Shown piece after piece: positions 35,377 through 48,490 of a stretch of 64,000 bases of DNA (position 1 is its first letter; each line of letters starts with the position of its first letter). Where the stretch lies: NCBI RefSeq assembly GCF_039654945.1, contig NW_027361737.1, positions 7,440,001 through 7,504,000 of the forward strand, written 5' to 3'. The translations under genes and the position numbers were made by a program. The stretch is from Dendrobates tinctorius (lineage: Eukaryota). The notes beneath the pieces were generated by a model, which worked only from the letters and a program-made list of their open reading frames with translations, ran no database searches and was not told the DNA's origin.

Positions 35377-35734
35377 GGGTATGTGCACACGCTGCGGATT
35401 CTGCTGCGGTTCCGCAGCGTTTTTGGCCCTGTGGATCAGCAGAAGTTCTGCAGACATGGTACAGTACCATGTAACCCTATGGGTTTTCAAAACTGCTGAG
35501 CTTACGCTGCCTTTTTTTCCACGCGGTTTTGCTGCGGTTTACAAACCGCAGCATGTAAATTCTTTCTGTGGATTCCGCAGCGGTTTGGCACCTGTTCCAT
35601 TGTCCAGGTGTCAAACCGCAGGGGAAAACTGCAGGTAAATCCGCAGGAAAACCACAGGTCACTTTACCTGCGGTTTTACCTGCGGATCCGCGCGGAAAAA
35701 CCCGTAGGTGAATCCGCAGCGTGTGCACATAGCC
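35377..35734. mobile_element. Harbinger-type MITE
   Basis: TIR GGGTATGTGCACACGCTGCGGATT / AATCCGCAGCGTGTGCACATAGCC; TAA/TTA flanks. Confidence 0.85.
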
Positions 35735-36017
35735 TTACAGCAATATGATAATTTTTATAGAATACATTTCTCCAAGCAAATGTGGACTCTTTAATGAAGA
35801 CTGATGCAAAGAAGAAATGAAGCTGTGCCCATGTTATTCAATCACATTGCTATTTACATTATAAAATTTGCTCTGGTAAAATTAAAACTGTGATCCGATT
35901 GGTCTGCATGTCTCATATGTTTCATAGGCAAAAATTTTAATTAAGACAAGTATTTTTGTAAACTCAGTAAATATTCTTCCCTGACATTACTTACTATTGT
36001 TTTAGGAAAAGAGTTTG

Positions 36018-36057
36018 CTTCGGAATATGTTGGCGCTATATAAATAAGATTGTTATT
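36018..36057 (+). mobile_element. L2-type 3' tail fragment
   Basis: CGGAATATGTTGGCGCTATATAAATAAGATT matches the tail of the L2 at 60454 (another copy at about 53966-54002). Confidence 0.6.
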
Positions 36058-36239
36058 AGGGTGATAACATGGCTGTTAGTACATATCCTACATTTTCTGT
36101 ATTTCCTAACAGTGTTGTCACCCAAATATTCTAGACTTCTATAACTGTAATTGTTTATTAATATACTGTGGAAACAGAGGCTATGCTGGTCTTCACTGTG
36201 CCCTCCAAGAAATAAATATATTACTTGTAGTATCATCTG

Positions 36240-36322
36240 TCTGAGATGGTTTAGTGAATCCTGCATTGAGCAGGGGGTTGGACACGATGACCCTGAAGAT
36301 CCCTGTAATTCTATGACTATAA
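36240..36322 (+). mobile_element. CR1 LINE 3' end fragment
   Basis: GGGTTGGACACGATGACCCTGAAGATCCC...TTCTATGA resembles the conserved CR1 3' terminus. Confidence 0.6.
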
Positions 36323-38211
36323 TTGGGTTTCTTTATATTCCAATATGGAACCCGGCATTTTACAAGACAAAACAGGGCCATATTTTGATCAGGTTTATGA
36401 CAGAGGCTCCAATGCAGATGTGAATTAAGCCTAATTCCTTAATCACCAATCAGCCATACGTACAATACACAGCTTCATCGTGTTATAAAAACATAGCTCA
36501 ATCAGGGGTGTAAGGCTGGAGTCACATACAAGCTATAAAAAATCGACCCGTTTTTAACAGACCAGAATCGCGCAAATGTTTCATGAACACTGATCCCTAT
36601 GTCATCCGATTGGAATGCGAGGATGCAATTTTTTCGCATCGAAGCATCCGTGTGACATCCGTATGACGAGATTTTATCGCCGGCTTGCAAAATGGACATA
36701 TAATGGAGCCCAATGACAGGTTAAAACACAAGCAAAATAATAGATATAGCCACATAGAATACATAGAGGAGGCACAGTGGGACAGAAGCTGGCCCCCCAT
36801 CGGCAGCTAACAGTGTGCTCCAGCGCAGCTGTTCTCATCAGTGGTTTGCACCTGTGCTGCTCCAGCCTTTATCTTTGGGGGCCTGCTGCATCCTGCTAGT
36901 GCATTAGTCATTAGACAAGGTATGGTGAGGCTATTTTCTATGATGTGTTTTTGCTAAAATTTACAGGATTTTTAAGTCCTTTTTTCCCTGTCTGTGTACT
37001 TTCTAATTTTATTAATCTTTTAAGTTGGCAGCAACCTTTTAAGAAGACCTCACAATTATACATGACACATTGTAGCTTTGGGTCGAAGAGCTTTTAGTTA
37101 TGCCTCTCAAAGCCATTAAAAGGCATATAGTAATAATAATAATAATAATAAGATTTTTATTTGCTTATTTTTTATTTGCTTCTTCTTTTTTTTAGTTTAT
37201 TAAGATGTAAAGTAGCTCAGTAACACAGACAAGCATCACAAAGTTGTTAGATTGCCAATATTGTCCTGAACTGTAGCAAGACACAAACGCTGATGCATTA
37301 CTGAATCTTCATGGTGTAAGTATAGTGAATGGCTATTGATTTGTCCACTTATATATCACATTAGAGGACAACAGAAAGGCTGAAATGACAATATATCTAA
37401 CAATGATGTATCATATTAGCCCGTAACCATGCTGCTTTATAGATCACCTCTTCTGCTCTCTTGTTTATGGAAGCTAAATTAATATCTTTTCCTGCATTTC
37501 CACCTTTACCATACACTGACGTCAATGCCAGCAGCGCAGGCGACGGCCAAACCAGTGCCCTGGAACAATATCCTAGTACTGTACATGTTTATTATGGCAC
37601 AAGAGGCCGCGACATTACTATTGCAGCCAGACGCCTGCGATTGGGTCCAAATACCCATAATAATATAACCAAAAGGGCGCACCAACTGTGTGAATAAGCC
37701 AATATATAATTGCAAGGCCTAGGTGCCGCAACAGTGGAAAACACAATCAGTAAGGAAGGGAAAAAAAGGCACCACTGCAGTAAGCGCACACTAAACCACA
37801 TAGAATAAATTTTTATTGATGCAAAAGGTAATACATTAAAAACACAATAAAACATGGTAAACCACCCACAATGTATATAAGGTCAAACATGGCACATATA
37901 ACATATCAGACCCAATACAATAATCCATATATTATCCATATACAATCTAACCCCACTATAATACCCATGACCCATGCCCTATATTTAGGCTCATGGAGAC
38001 CAAGGGCAATTGTTGCACAATAATACAATGTTTAATGCAACAAGCCCTGCATAACACCTGATAATGCATGTATACCACATGCGGCCACAGCACAAAGTGG
38101 CCCAGTATATAACCAACATTCAATTGTGCCCCATAAACACTGAAGGTACCACTAGGGGAAAGTGAGGCTACAAAAGAGATATAAAGAAGTGGGTGCTACC
38201 CGAAGACCATA

Positions 38212-38252
38212 CCCCACGCGTATCGCCACAACCCGTGTGGCTTCGTCAGGGG
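38212..38252 (-). ncRNA. Minimal type I hammerhead ribozyme-like motif (variant core)
   Basis: Minus strand reads CCC-CUGACGA-A-GCCACA-cgggu-UGUGGC-GAUA-CGCG-UG-GGG. Confidence 0.7.
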
Positions 38253-38274
38253 AAGTAACTGACCATGGTCCAAG

Positions 38275-38700
38275 CTCCTTAAATACCCTGCTAAGATCCA
38301 GGTGGAAAAAACATGCGTCACAGGAGGGGGCGCCGCCCCCATTTGGAAGTCCAACGGTAAACAGAGGGAAAGCAAAGACCGGCGTCCCGGTCATATGAAA
38401 AAAGATGTCCGCCACGCATGCGCGGTGTGCTCTGCACGCGACCCTGAGCACAAAGTGACAAACGCTCCATCGCGCATGCGCCCAGTGGGATGCAAAAGCT
38501 TTCCCATGGAACGCAAGCCGCCTAGTGAAATGGCCACCACGCATGCGCAGTCTGCTACATAGAACCAAGCGTACAATACGCAAGCTATGCCGCGCCTACG
38601 TCCAGTGGGACGTAACAGGCCTGCCCATGGCACGCTTGGCCTCACATCAATGCCGTGTCTATCAACACGGCGCATACAGCAGTGGCACCAGGGCCATAAC
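38275..38700 (-). promoter_or_regulatory. Putative PLE promoter (CpG-rich, NRF1-like CGCATGCGC x3, TATTTAA about 30 nt upstream of the hammerhead)
   Basis: Motifs at about 38415, 38472 and 38540. Minus-strand TATTTAA at 38285-38279. Confidence 0.5.
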
Positions 38701-39732
38701 GCCGCAAGACACATAATGCTCCCAGGAGCATGACATATAGGGACAGACACAGACAACACCACATGTACAGGTACATAAGGAGGGGAAACAGAGACAAGGA
38801 ACACACAGCCCAAGGGAAAGGAATGAGAAAGGCCAATTAATGGCAGTCACCTCCAAATGTACAAAAAAAGGAGGGCATGATAGTATAATAGCAATAAGAG
38901 CATGGTTCAAAATTGTTCGATGGTATGAGGGGCGGGCACAAAAAGAGGGGCCCAAGCCGGGGCATAACCTAGACCCCAATCTGCAATAAAAGGTAGGTTA
39001 AAAGTAAACCAGCCAGCAACTACTAACCACTTTAATACATGTACGTCCCTATTAGCAAAATCCACATGGATCAATGGCAGAGACCCATGCACGAAATGAA
39101 CTTGTGGTACCTAGAGCATCCATGTCACCACCTAGTCCCTGATACTGAGCACACATACATTACCCCCAAAACAGGAAGGGGATAAATGCGTATGAGGCAT
39201 ATACAGTATACATCAGTGTGCATGACCAGAATATTCAATCAACCCCCACAAGGTACAACCCTGTATCAATCACCACCAAACCACCATAATGAACAATCAA
39301 AAACCAAAATCAACCAAACGGTCCCCATGAGCCCAAATCTAAAAATGCCATTCGGTCCAATATAATTACTGAAACCATGGTAGTAGATCTCTACAGCAAC
39401 CCCACAATACAAAAATCCCAATGGTGTTGGTATCAACTACGGGGATCCAACTGGCCCGGCATCAGCAGAGCCAGCATAACAACCCCAGGACCCCTCCATC
39501 CAAAGTTCAAAACATCCCATAACATATCTAACAGGACAAAAGTGAAACAGCCGGTAACCAAAACTTTATTAATAGTCATGGTACATATAAGGAAAACAGG
39601 ATCCAGTCCCAGCAAATCCTGAGGGTGATCCAGGGGAGTAAAGAACCAACCATCCTCGGCCTTGGTGGTGAAATCCAGACCAAATGACTGCATAGGGAAA
39701 GGAAAGAGGAAAGGGGGAGACAAGATAATTAG

Positions 39733-42111
39733 TCAACCTAAAAACCCTGTGAATAAGAGATCCTCATTTATCCCCCTCGGACTCAATGAGTCCAAGCTAA
39801 AGATCCATCTGGACTCTCTTTGCAGTAGTAATTTCTTAGGTGAACCCCCCCTACTTGATAACACTACCCTCTCCAATCCAACCACCATAGTGCCAGCAAC
39901 CTTACCGGCATGGTGGGTCAGGAAATGGGCCGCCACAGATGTCAAGGTCTTACCCTTAGTATGATCAATACGTGCCAAATTGATTGTCGAGAAGTGTTTC
40001 TGAATCCTCCTACCTAACTCCTGGGAGGTTTGGCCAATATATATCTGATGACATGGACAGAACAACGCATAAACCACACAAGTAGTTTTACAATTAATAT
40101 ATGACATTAATCTGTGTCTGGTACCATCTCTTGGATTCACAAAATAATTCCGGGTAGAGTGCATATGGGGACATATGGTACAATTGCCACATGCAAATGA
40201 CCCCCTTAATGTCATTCCCCTATCCAACCCAACAGTTGGCCTCATGTAATGACTCTTCGTCAGAATATCCCTAAAATTCGGAGCCCTTCTTGCTGTGATA
40301 CAAGGCCGCTCCGATACAAGAGCGGATGTCTGCAAGTCCTTAGTGAGTATGCCCCAATGTCTCCCAAGGATTTCTCTCACCTGTGACCATTGGTTATTGT
40401 ATTGCGTGATGAATCGAGGCATCGAATCTCGAGTCCTCTCCCGTGGAGCCAAGAGGGAATCCTGTGTACATCCAATTGCTCGTTGGTACGCTCGTGAAAT
40501 ACTACCCCGAGGGTAGTTCCTCTTCTTAAAGCGTTTGGTGAGATTGAGGGCTTCCTCCCGGAACACATCATCCGATGTGCAATTTCTGCGCACCCTCAGA
40601 AACTGCCCAACCGGAATCCCATTCCTGGTGTGGGATGGATGGAAGCTGGTATAATCCAGCAAACTATTCGTGGCCGTGGGCTTCCTGAACAGCCTTGTAG
40701 AGATACCACCATTCATCTTAGAAACCGTGAGGTCCAAAAAAGTAACTGAAATAGAGGATATATTATAAGTGAGCATGATGTTATATGGATTAGAATTAAG
40801 TGATCCCATGAAAGCCTCACATTCCTCTACCGTTCCAAGCCAAACAAAGAAAATGTCGTCGATAAAGCGCGACCAATGCCGCACTTTATCCCTGAACATT
40901 CCTGTCACATATACCCGAGTGGCCTCCCACCATCCAAGGAATAGATTTGCCAAAACCGGGGCACACCTAGCCCCCATGGCCACACCTGAGGTCTGGAGGT
41001 AATAAGATCTGTCGAACAAAAAAAAGTTGTGCTTCATAATAAACCCAAGCAGATCCACAATAAATGAATCATGCATTCTATCCGATTGGACTATCAAATC
41101 AAGAAAATACAACAACGATGTAATACCGTCCGAATGATCAATGTTCGAATAAAGCGATTCCACATCGCAAGTAACCAACAGAGCCCCAGGGGGCAGGGTG
41201 ACATCCCGGAATTTCCTAATAAAATTAGACGTATCCTGTATATAGGAAGGTAAGGTCTTAACTATAGGTTGAAGAAAATAGTCAACATAGATGGGCGCAT
41301 TCTCACACAAACTACCTATACTAGCCACTATCGGTCAGCCCGGCTGTTTCACAAGATCCTTATGGACCTTGGGCAACATATAAAATGTAGGCGTAATAGG
41401 ATGCTCGACCCACAAAAATTCCAGCTCTTTCTTATTTATAACACCCAACTCAAGAGCCCTATCCAGTAGTCTTCTAAATTTAATAGAGAAGGGCCCCGTG
41501 GGATCTGATGGTAATCTTTTGTAAAATCGAGCATTATCCAATTGGCGGTGTGCCTCCTCCTGATATAATTCATGCGGCCACAGCACCACATTTCCGCCCT
41601 TATCAGCCTCCTTAATAACAAACAATTTGTTAGACCTGAGATTATCTACGGCTGATCTTTCACCCGCGTGTAAGTTATCCATATGGCGTGACCTCACTGG
41701 AATAGCCAGAAAGTCCTTTTTAACCAGCTCAAAGAACACCCTAATAGCTGGAACCAACGAGAAAGGCGGGGCCACTAGCGATTTATTTTTGTATGGAAAA
41801 CGATTTTTACCATAAGTCGTGTCCTCCTGTAGAAGATCCAAAAGGTCCTGTAGCACCTGGTGATCCGTTTGATCCAAGCCATCAGCCACATATGGTTTAT
41901 TATGTAAAACCTGGAGAACCAAGTGTCTGCAAAAGATATAAAGGTCCTTGACCAAGGTAAATTTATCCACACCCTTCACAGGGGCAAAAGTCAATCCCCT
42001 CTGTAATACAGAGGTTTCCAACGAAGAAAGCTTATATTGAGATAGATTAATAATTTGAAGCACATTCTCCTGTACCTGTGTATCCACGATCCCGTCCTCC
42101 ACAATGTCCAT
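39733..42111 (-). pseudogene. PLE reverse transcriptase + GIY-YIG endonuclease; single nonsense codon at 41335-41337
   Basis: The two in-frame ORFs join as PKVHK...PG*PIVAS (canonical PGRPIV, consistent with CGA>TGA). Other motifs: ADKGG, DVESLY, GVAMG, RFIDD, FLD, CGNCTIC linker, VVYALFCPCHQIYIGQT. Confidence 0.92.
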
Positions 42112-42116
42112 CTCCT

Positions 42117-42872
42117 CTACTTGCGAAAATTCCTGTATTGATTGTATTGCGGGGGCCTTCGTCCCCTGAAGTGTGTGTTCCTTGTGAATGATTGGCCGCC
42201 TGCGACGGCCCCTTCTGGTCCGTTGTCGGCCTCGCTCTCGGCTGAGGATAAAAAATCACTACCAGACGTGTAATCCGGCCTACGGGCCACCTCAGCTGTA
42301 CTGACCGGGGCCCTATCCATAGTGGCCCTCCGTCTCATATTCCCCTTATGCTTCCATAGAAAAACCTGATTCTCCTCAAAATCTCTTCGATCCCTATGAA
42401 ATTTAGATTTTTTCTTATTCGTAATCTCCTTATCATACCTGTTCAGAGTCTCCTTAAGGTTAGTTTTGAAAGGCAACACCTGGGTCGTTTCATCGAAACC
42501 GCCCAATTTTGTGTCCAATTCCTTAATCTGTTTTTTGACTGAAACCAACAGCTCCCTGTCATGTTCCAACAGCATATTCATAATAATACCTGAGCATCGC
42601 AAGAGTCCCTGCTCCCAGGTAGCACGAAAATCTGAGGAAGGCTCCCATGCCGGATATATAGAGACCCTCAGGCCTCTAGGCACAATATTAGATTTAATAT
42701 ATTCTTCCAGGGATCAAATATTCCCCAATTATCAAATAATCCCCAATTTATGTGCTGTTGTCAACTCTGATGTAACGCTGGCAAATTCTGTATTCGGTGT
42801 ATTAATCTTAGAAGAGGAGAAAATATCCGAGGACTGCGCCCTCCAAGCTGCCTCCCTTGTATCCCAATCCAT
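42117..42872 (-). pseudogene. PLE upstream ORF / N-terminal domain (PRGLR motif, coiled coil, basic tail), disrupted near 42710-42750
   Basis: MDWDTREAAW... then SLEEYIKSNIVPRGLRVSIYPAW...W..L.RCS; stop at 42117-42119. Confidence 0.7.
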
Positions 42873-44386
42873 ATCAGGACCAATAACAAGGAAAAAAAGA
42901 GCTGAAAAAAATAATAACAAAAGTTACATAAAAACTATTAAAAAGTGTATAATACACAATAACATATATTATCCCATGCATCAATTATACTACTAATACC
43001 CAGGTCATATAATAATGCACCAGGTCAATACACAACCACATACACTCCTGGTTAAGCGTGTGCAGCCCCCAAGAAAGGTCGGTAAAGGACCGACCGAAAC
43101 ACACAACAATAATAATATAACCAAAAGGGCGCACCAACTGTGTGAATAAGCCAATATATAATTGCAAGGCCTAGGTGCCGCAACAGTGGAAAACACAATC
43201 AGTAAGGAAGGGAAAAAAAGGCACCACTGCAGTAAGCGCACACTAAACCACATAGAATAAATTTTTATTGATGCAAAAGGTAATACATTAAAAACACAAT
43301 AAAACATGGTAAACCACCCACAATGTATATAAGATCAAACATACCCCTCCGTAACAAAAGACAATTGGAGAATTGAAAGTGGAAAGGAGCAAAAACAAAG
43401 AAGCAATGAAGACCGTCCTGTGCAGACGCGCTCATGTTAGACACAGATGTACTGGGTGGGATAGATATATAGATAATTTGGACCATGCTATCACTATTTA
43501 TGGTAGGTTGTAATCAAATGTGAAATTACGATACAAATTTAGGGGTCCCTACAGGGTCGTAATTTTTGGGTGGGTCCAGGTGTTTATCCAATCTGATGTG
43601 TAAAACAGCCTTACTTATCATATGTTTCACTAAGTCTCTGCTGATATCTGCAGTTTGTGTTTCCTTAAGAGTGGACAATACAACCTCTTGGTGCCGTATG
43701 CAATCCAGAATGGGGCACAAATGGGGCAGGCAGACCCAACTGAATTGTAAGGTGGTCTATCAGGTTCCTTCTTGGCATCATTTGTTTTGAAGGGAAGAAT
43801 AGCACTATGTACTGTGAATTACCTAGAAGTACTGTATAAAGGGACACTTCATCCATTGCACTGGCAAGTTGGGTGCTTTTGCCGAAGACTCCTGGGGAAT
43901 TAGGGCAGAGAGGCCCAGGGTTTTCAATTATTCTCATGCTGTTTCTTAATTTTTATGTCTTGTGTAGATTTCACACTGTACACAATGGTTCACATTAAGC
44001 AGTCGTGTCATAATTTCAGTCCGAGTGCTACCCGACAAAACATTGAATCGCGCTCTAACCAATGGTATTCTATGGCGACATGCACAAGTTCAATCTTTTC
44101 CTCAGACCGAGTCTGTCCGAGGAAAAAAAAATCACATCATACACGATTTGCATCCATATATCGGATCGTACCAGGCCAAGCAAGTCAATGAGTCCTTGGA
44201 AAAAAAAACTCGGATGACATCTGGGTACAGTCCGATTTTCACAAACTGACAGAATGGAGAAGATAGAGAATCTTTTTTTTTCCATCTTCTCTTTATCAGA
44301 GAAAATCACATCACTCTAATCAGTGTGTGATCAGCATAATCCGCCAATTCACTCGGATGAGAGAATCTATAGCCGTCTGACCTTAA

Positions 44387-44792
44387 GGCCCTTTTACATT
44401 TAGCGATGCACCAGTGATCCGACCAGCGATCCGACCCGGTCAGGATCGCTGGTGCATCGCTAAATGATCGCTGGTGAGCTTTCACACAGAAAGATCCCAC
44501 AGTGTTGCAGCAGCGACGCAGCGCACGATACTTACCTTTCACACACAGCGATGCTGACGTCCTCCCGCCCGCCTCCACGCGTCACTCGTCTCACACAGCA
44601 GGAAGCCCAGCAGGAAGCAGACAACGAGAAATGGAGCCACCCGATCTCGTGCGATCAGCGATGGACAGCGGGGGAGCCAGTCGGAGGTAAGTATCACACA
44701 CAGCGATATCGCTAGCGATATCGCTATAACATCACAAAATCAGTGACGTTTTAGTGATATTGCTAGTGATATCGCTATGTGTAAAACCCCCT
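44387..44792. mobile_element. Harbinger-type MITE
   Basis: GGCCCTTTTACATTTAGCGAT...ATCGCTATGTGTAAAACCCCC with TWA flanks. Abuts an older MITE at about 44010-44380. Confidence 0.75.
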
Positions 44793-46529
44793 TTAGTCAT
44801 AGGCTGTCTAATACAACTAATAAAATATGGCAAATAGTCCCAGAGCCAAGGGAAAACTGAGTATATTGGCTAATACTAAAACTAAATTTTTGCCAAATAG
44901 TCGGGCGATGCACCAAATTCATCACAGTAACACAATCTGTGAGATGCATTTGGCGACTCTTAATAAACATTAGACATCTTTCTTTTACTTATGCCAACGC
45001 TTATTAGTCTATTTTAACCCATTATCTTATGCCCAAAAAGGCTCAGACGGACAAGACAGTTGGCATAAATTATGACACAATACTGTACATCCACATTTAA
45101 GCAAAAACAAAAAAACAATTATCCAGCATGGCACATAGGGTCTGTCTTTTTTGCCTTAAATTTTAGCAATCTGTTTGAAAAGCTTTGTGCCAGAATTTGT
45201 GCCGGGTGAACACAAAAAAAACAGGAGCAACCACCGTGCCTAGGCCAAGTGTACACTGCGCATGTACTCTTAGTACAAGTCAGGAGCGTACCCGACGTAC
45301 TCTTTCCCAGAGGCCTCAATTCACAAGATGGAAGACAAAACAACCGAAAAGATGGAGGTTTTTGTTCATGCCATTTTTAACAATAGGAAAATGCTATATA
45401 GTGTATATATGAAATATTAATCTTCAATATTTCTGTGAAAAATACAGCAAAAGAGAAGGTACTTAGCACATAGATTGGCCAATATATCTGTGCCCAACTG
45501 CCAACATCCAGGTGTCCTTCATTGTTGGGTCCCTGTCCTGATATGTCACCTCTCCTAGGCAAAAAAGCCTTCAATTTATGGGGCAGGAACGGATCAGCTA
45601 CTTAAAATCACCTGAGGCTTATGGGATTGGGACTGCACATGTCCGAAAAGGATCTGATGCAAACAGAGAAAAGGACCAGCACATCCAAGCTGTGTGAACA
45701 GGTGCCAACCAAAAAAAAATATAACTTTAAAAAATGTACTGTAAGTTTTCACAGCAATTTTGCAGATTATTATTTCATATATACATTACATAGCGTTTTC
45801 CCATTTGTTTATGTCAGTAATGCAGTTTCAAGTTCTAGAGCAGGTCTGGGCAAACTGCGGGCCCGCGGGCCACCAGAGTGTTCACGTGCGGGTAGAGGGG
45901 GGCACTGACACTCACAGCCAGAGGGTTAGAGTCCTCACCTTTGCATGTGAGAGTTAACCTTTACCTCCCTCTTTGCTCCCAGCTTGTACTGTTGTATGTC
46001 CTGTGCAGGACAGGTAAGGGTTAGGTCCCCCATAGTGCTCCCCCTGTGATCTGTGGCTTATCACATCCACTTCATAGACTGCAGTAAGGATTCCCACCCC
46101 CTTCGGTCAGCTCCTGCCCATATGTGATGTGGATCTCTGCATGTGGAGTAGAGGTGGGAGATAACTTTTTTCCAATGTTCCCAATTTATTGCTTGATCAA
46201 CTGCTATTATGTGTTACGATAAGTAATTGCAACAAGTATTGTCAGAATATGTTCACACAACTGTAATACTTGTCCAAGTGCTGTCTATAAAAACAAAAAG
46301 AAACCCAACCTCATACAGAGCACTACTGTAGGAGCGATGTTATGGAATTGAGCTATCCAGATTACAGTCAGAAAATGTCTGTGTGAGAAATGTCACAGCA
46401 CCCAGCGGTCTCTTCTGTATTTCAGATCAGACTCGCCTGTTGAAGACTATGGGTGTGCAAAGATAAAAAAATTGGATCCCATATGAATCATCCGTATAGC
46501 ATCCGATTTTTATGAATACATTTCCATTA

Positions 46530-46908
46530 GGGTACCATTACACCTAGCGATGCACCAGCGATCCCGACAACGATATGGATCGCTGGTGCATCTCTAAGTG
46601 GTCGCTAGTGAGCTGCCACACAGGCAGATCTCACCAGCGACATAGCAGGGGTCGGGGGTCGCTACTTACCTGTCAGACGAGGCGATCCTGACGTCCTCCG
46701 CCCGCGTCCACGCATCGCTCGTCGGCCCCACAGGAAGCCCAGCAGGAAGCACCCGACGAGAAATGATCCAGGACGTTCTAGCAGCGGGGGAGCCGGTCAG
46801 AGGTAAGTATCAGACATACCGATATCGCTAGCAATATCGCTGCTACGTCACAAAATCGGTGACATTACAGCGATATTGCTAGCGATATCGCTATATGTAA
46901 CAGGGGCT
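46530..46908. mobile_element. Harbinger-type MITE
   Basis: TTA-GGGTACCATTACACCTAGCGAT...ATCGCTATATGTAACAGGGGCT-TTA. Confidence 0.75.
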
Positions 46909-47096
46909 TTACTAACACAGGACACTGTATTTCTTTTTTAAAATTTTATTCACTTCTGATGTCTAAAAAGGGATGCCATACAGATGACAATACAGATGGA
47001 AAATCGTCTTTTTCTGGATGAAAATAACTTGTTTTTTTATACGCTCATGTAAACTTCATCACATAAGCAACTGCTTTTTATAAAGTGACAAAATTA

Positions 47097-47463
47097 GGCT
47101 AGTTTCACACTAGCGCTTTTGAGCGCAGGGACGGCCTGCGCACGGCCGCCGCTAAGCCCCGCAGGCCGTGCGCAGTATGCGTTTGGCGGCGCATGCGCCT
47201 TTTTGACGGTGCGCCGAGCGCAACTAAACTGCAGCAGGTTGCGTTTGGCGCAGGTCGGCGCACCGTTAAAAAGGCGCATGCGCCGCCAAACGCATACTGC
47301 GCACAGCCTGCGCCCCCAGTGATAAAGATAGGGGACGCAGGACGCATGCAGCATCATGCGCCGGTAGGCGGAGCTACCGGTGGAGGCGCGGCAGGGGGCG
47401 GGGCTTAGCGGCGGCCGTGCGCAGGCCGTCGCTGCGCTCAAAAGCGCTAGTGTGAAACTAGCC
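47097..47463. mobile_element. Young GC-rich Harbinger-type MITE, doubly palindromic
   Basis: TTA TSD on both sides. TIR GGCTAGTTTCACACTAGCGCTTTTGAGCGCAG extends about 64 bp. Second internal inverted repeat at about 47170-47302. Confidence 0.93.
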
Positions 47464-47480
47464 TTAATTATGCAGAATTA

Positions 47481-48202
47481 AGGGTGATCCGAAACCAAAG
47501 GTGACTTTCATGCTAAATTTAATTCAATAATCTAATCACTTTTCTAATATATTTCAACTAAAAAATTCTACCATTCCCTCTCTACTCTAACTTCCTGTCT
47601 GCTTGTGGTGTTTTTTTTTTTAACTTCCAATGACATTTTTTTTTTTAAATCCCAGTGCATTTTGAGGTACTCACACGGGACATCATTAGGGGGCAGAGAC
47701 TGCGGTCGCTGCCACAGCTGCTTTTCTCACCATGAAAAGAAGCATCATCTGTTTCAGAGACTGGACTGGTCCCTGCCGGGTCATCTCTTCTCCTTAGAGC
47801 CTGCAAGGGAGCGCACTGTCACTGTGCATTCAAAGGAATATAGCACAGGGAGCTCATACTGAGTATATGTCACGATTTACAACCGACGTATTATCCGGTG
47901 AGAAGGACTAGCTGAGCCTCCAAAACAGACATCACTAATGGTGCCTAATTTCAGAGATGGCACAGAGGCTGTGGCAGTGTCCGCAGCGTCTGTCCCCTAA
48001 TGACAGCTCATTCGAGTATCCCAGTATGCAATGGTGAATCTCAAACAAAATGTCATGGGACATTAAAAAAAAAAAAAGACAGGAAGTGAGAATGTACATT
48101 AGGAATTTTTTCATTGAAATATATTAGAAAACTAGATCTGATTATTACACTGAATAGATATACATTTAACATGAAATTCACCTTTGGTTTCGGACCGCCC
48201 CT
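47481..48202. mobile_element. Kolobok/T2-type palindromic MITE
   Basis: AGGGTGATCCGAAACCAAAGGTGA...TCACCTTTGGTTTCGGACCGCCCCT-TTAA. Confidence 0.8.
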
Positions 48203-48287
48203 TTAAGTTCAGCCGATTGGGTCGTCCCTCCACAGCAGTGCCAGTTTCTCCCCTTGGGAAAATTAATCACCCACCCCTGTTCTAGAT

Positions 48288-48449
48288 CAGGGTTCCCCAA
48301 CTCCAGTCCTCAAGGCCCACCAACAGGTCATGTTTTCAGGATTTCCCTTGTATTGTACAGGTGAAGCAATTATCACCCGGGCAATACTAAGGAAATCCTG
48401 AAAACATGACCAGTTGGTGGGCCTTGAGGACTGGAGTTGGGGAACCCTG
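48288..48449. mobile_element. hAT-Charlie MITE (162 bp, palindromic)
   Basis: TIR CAGGGTTCCCCAACTCCAGTCCTCAAGGCCCACCAAC; TSD TTCTAGAT/TTCTAGAG. Confidence 0.9.
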
Positions 48450-48490
48450 TTCTAGAGTAATCATTCTTAGCAATTCAAGGTGCAACCTTA

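Larger units (their letters stand above)
37657..43340 (-). mobile_element. Penelope-like retroelement (RT + GIY-YIG, probably Neptune clade) with partial-tandem pseudo-LTR
   Basis: Near-identical direct repeats of about 232 bp (37657-37888, 43109-43340). Candidate TSD ATACCC (37651-37656, 43341-43346). RT and GIY-YIG ORFs. Confidence 0.93.

Noticed and set aside
42112-42116. AGGAG before the RT ATG as a Shine-Dalgarno site
   Set aside because: Eukaryotic element and zero spacing to the ATG; likely chance.
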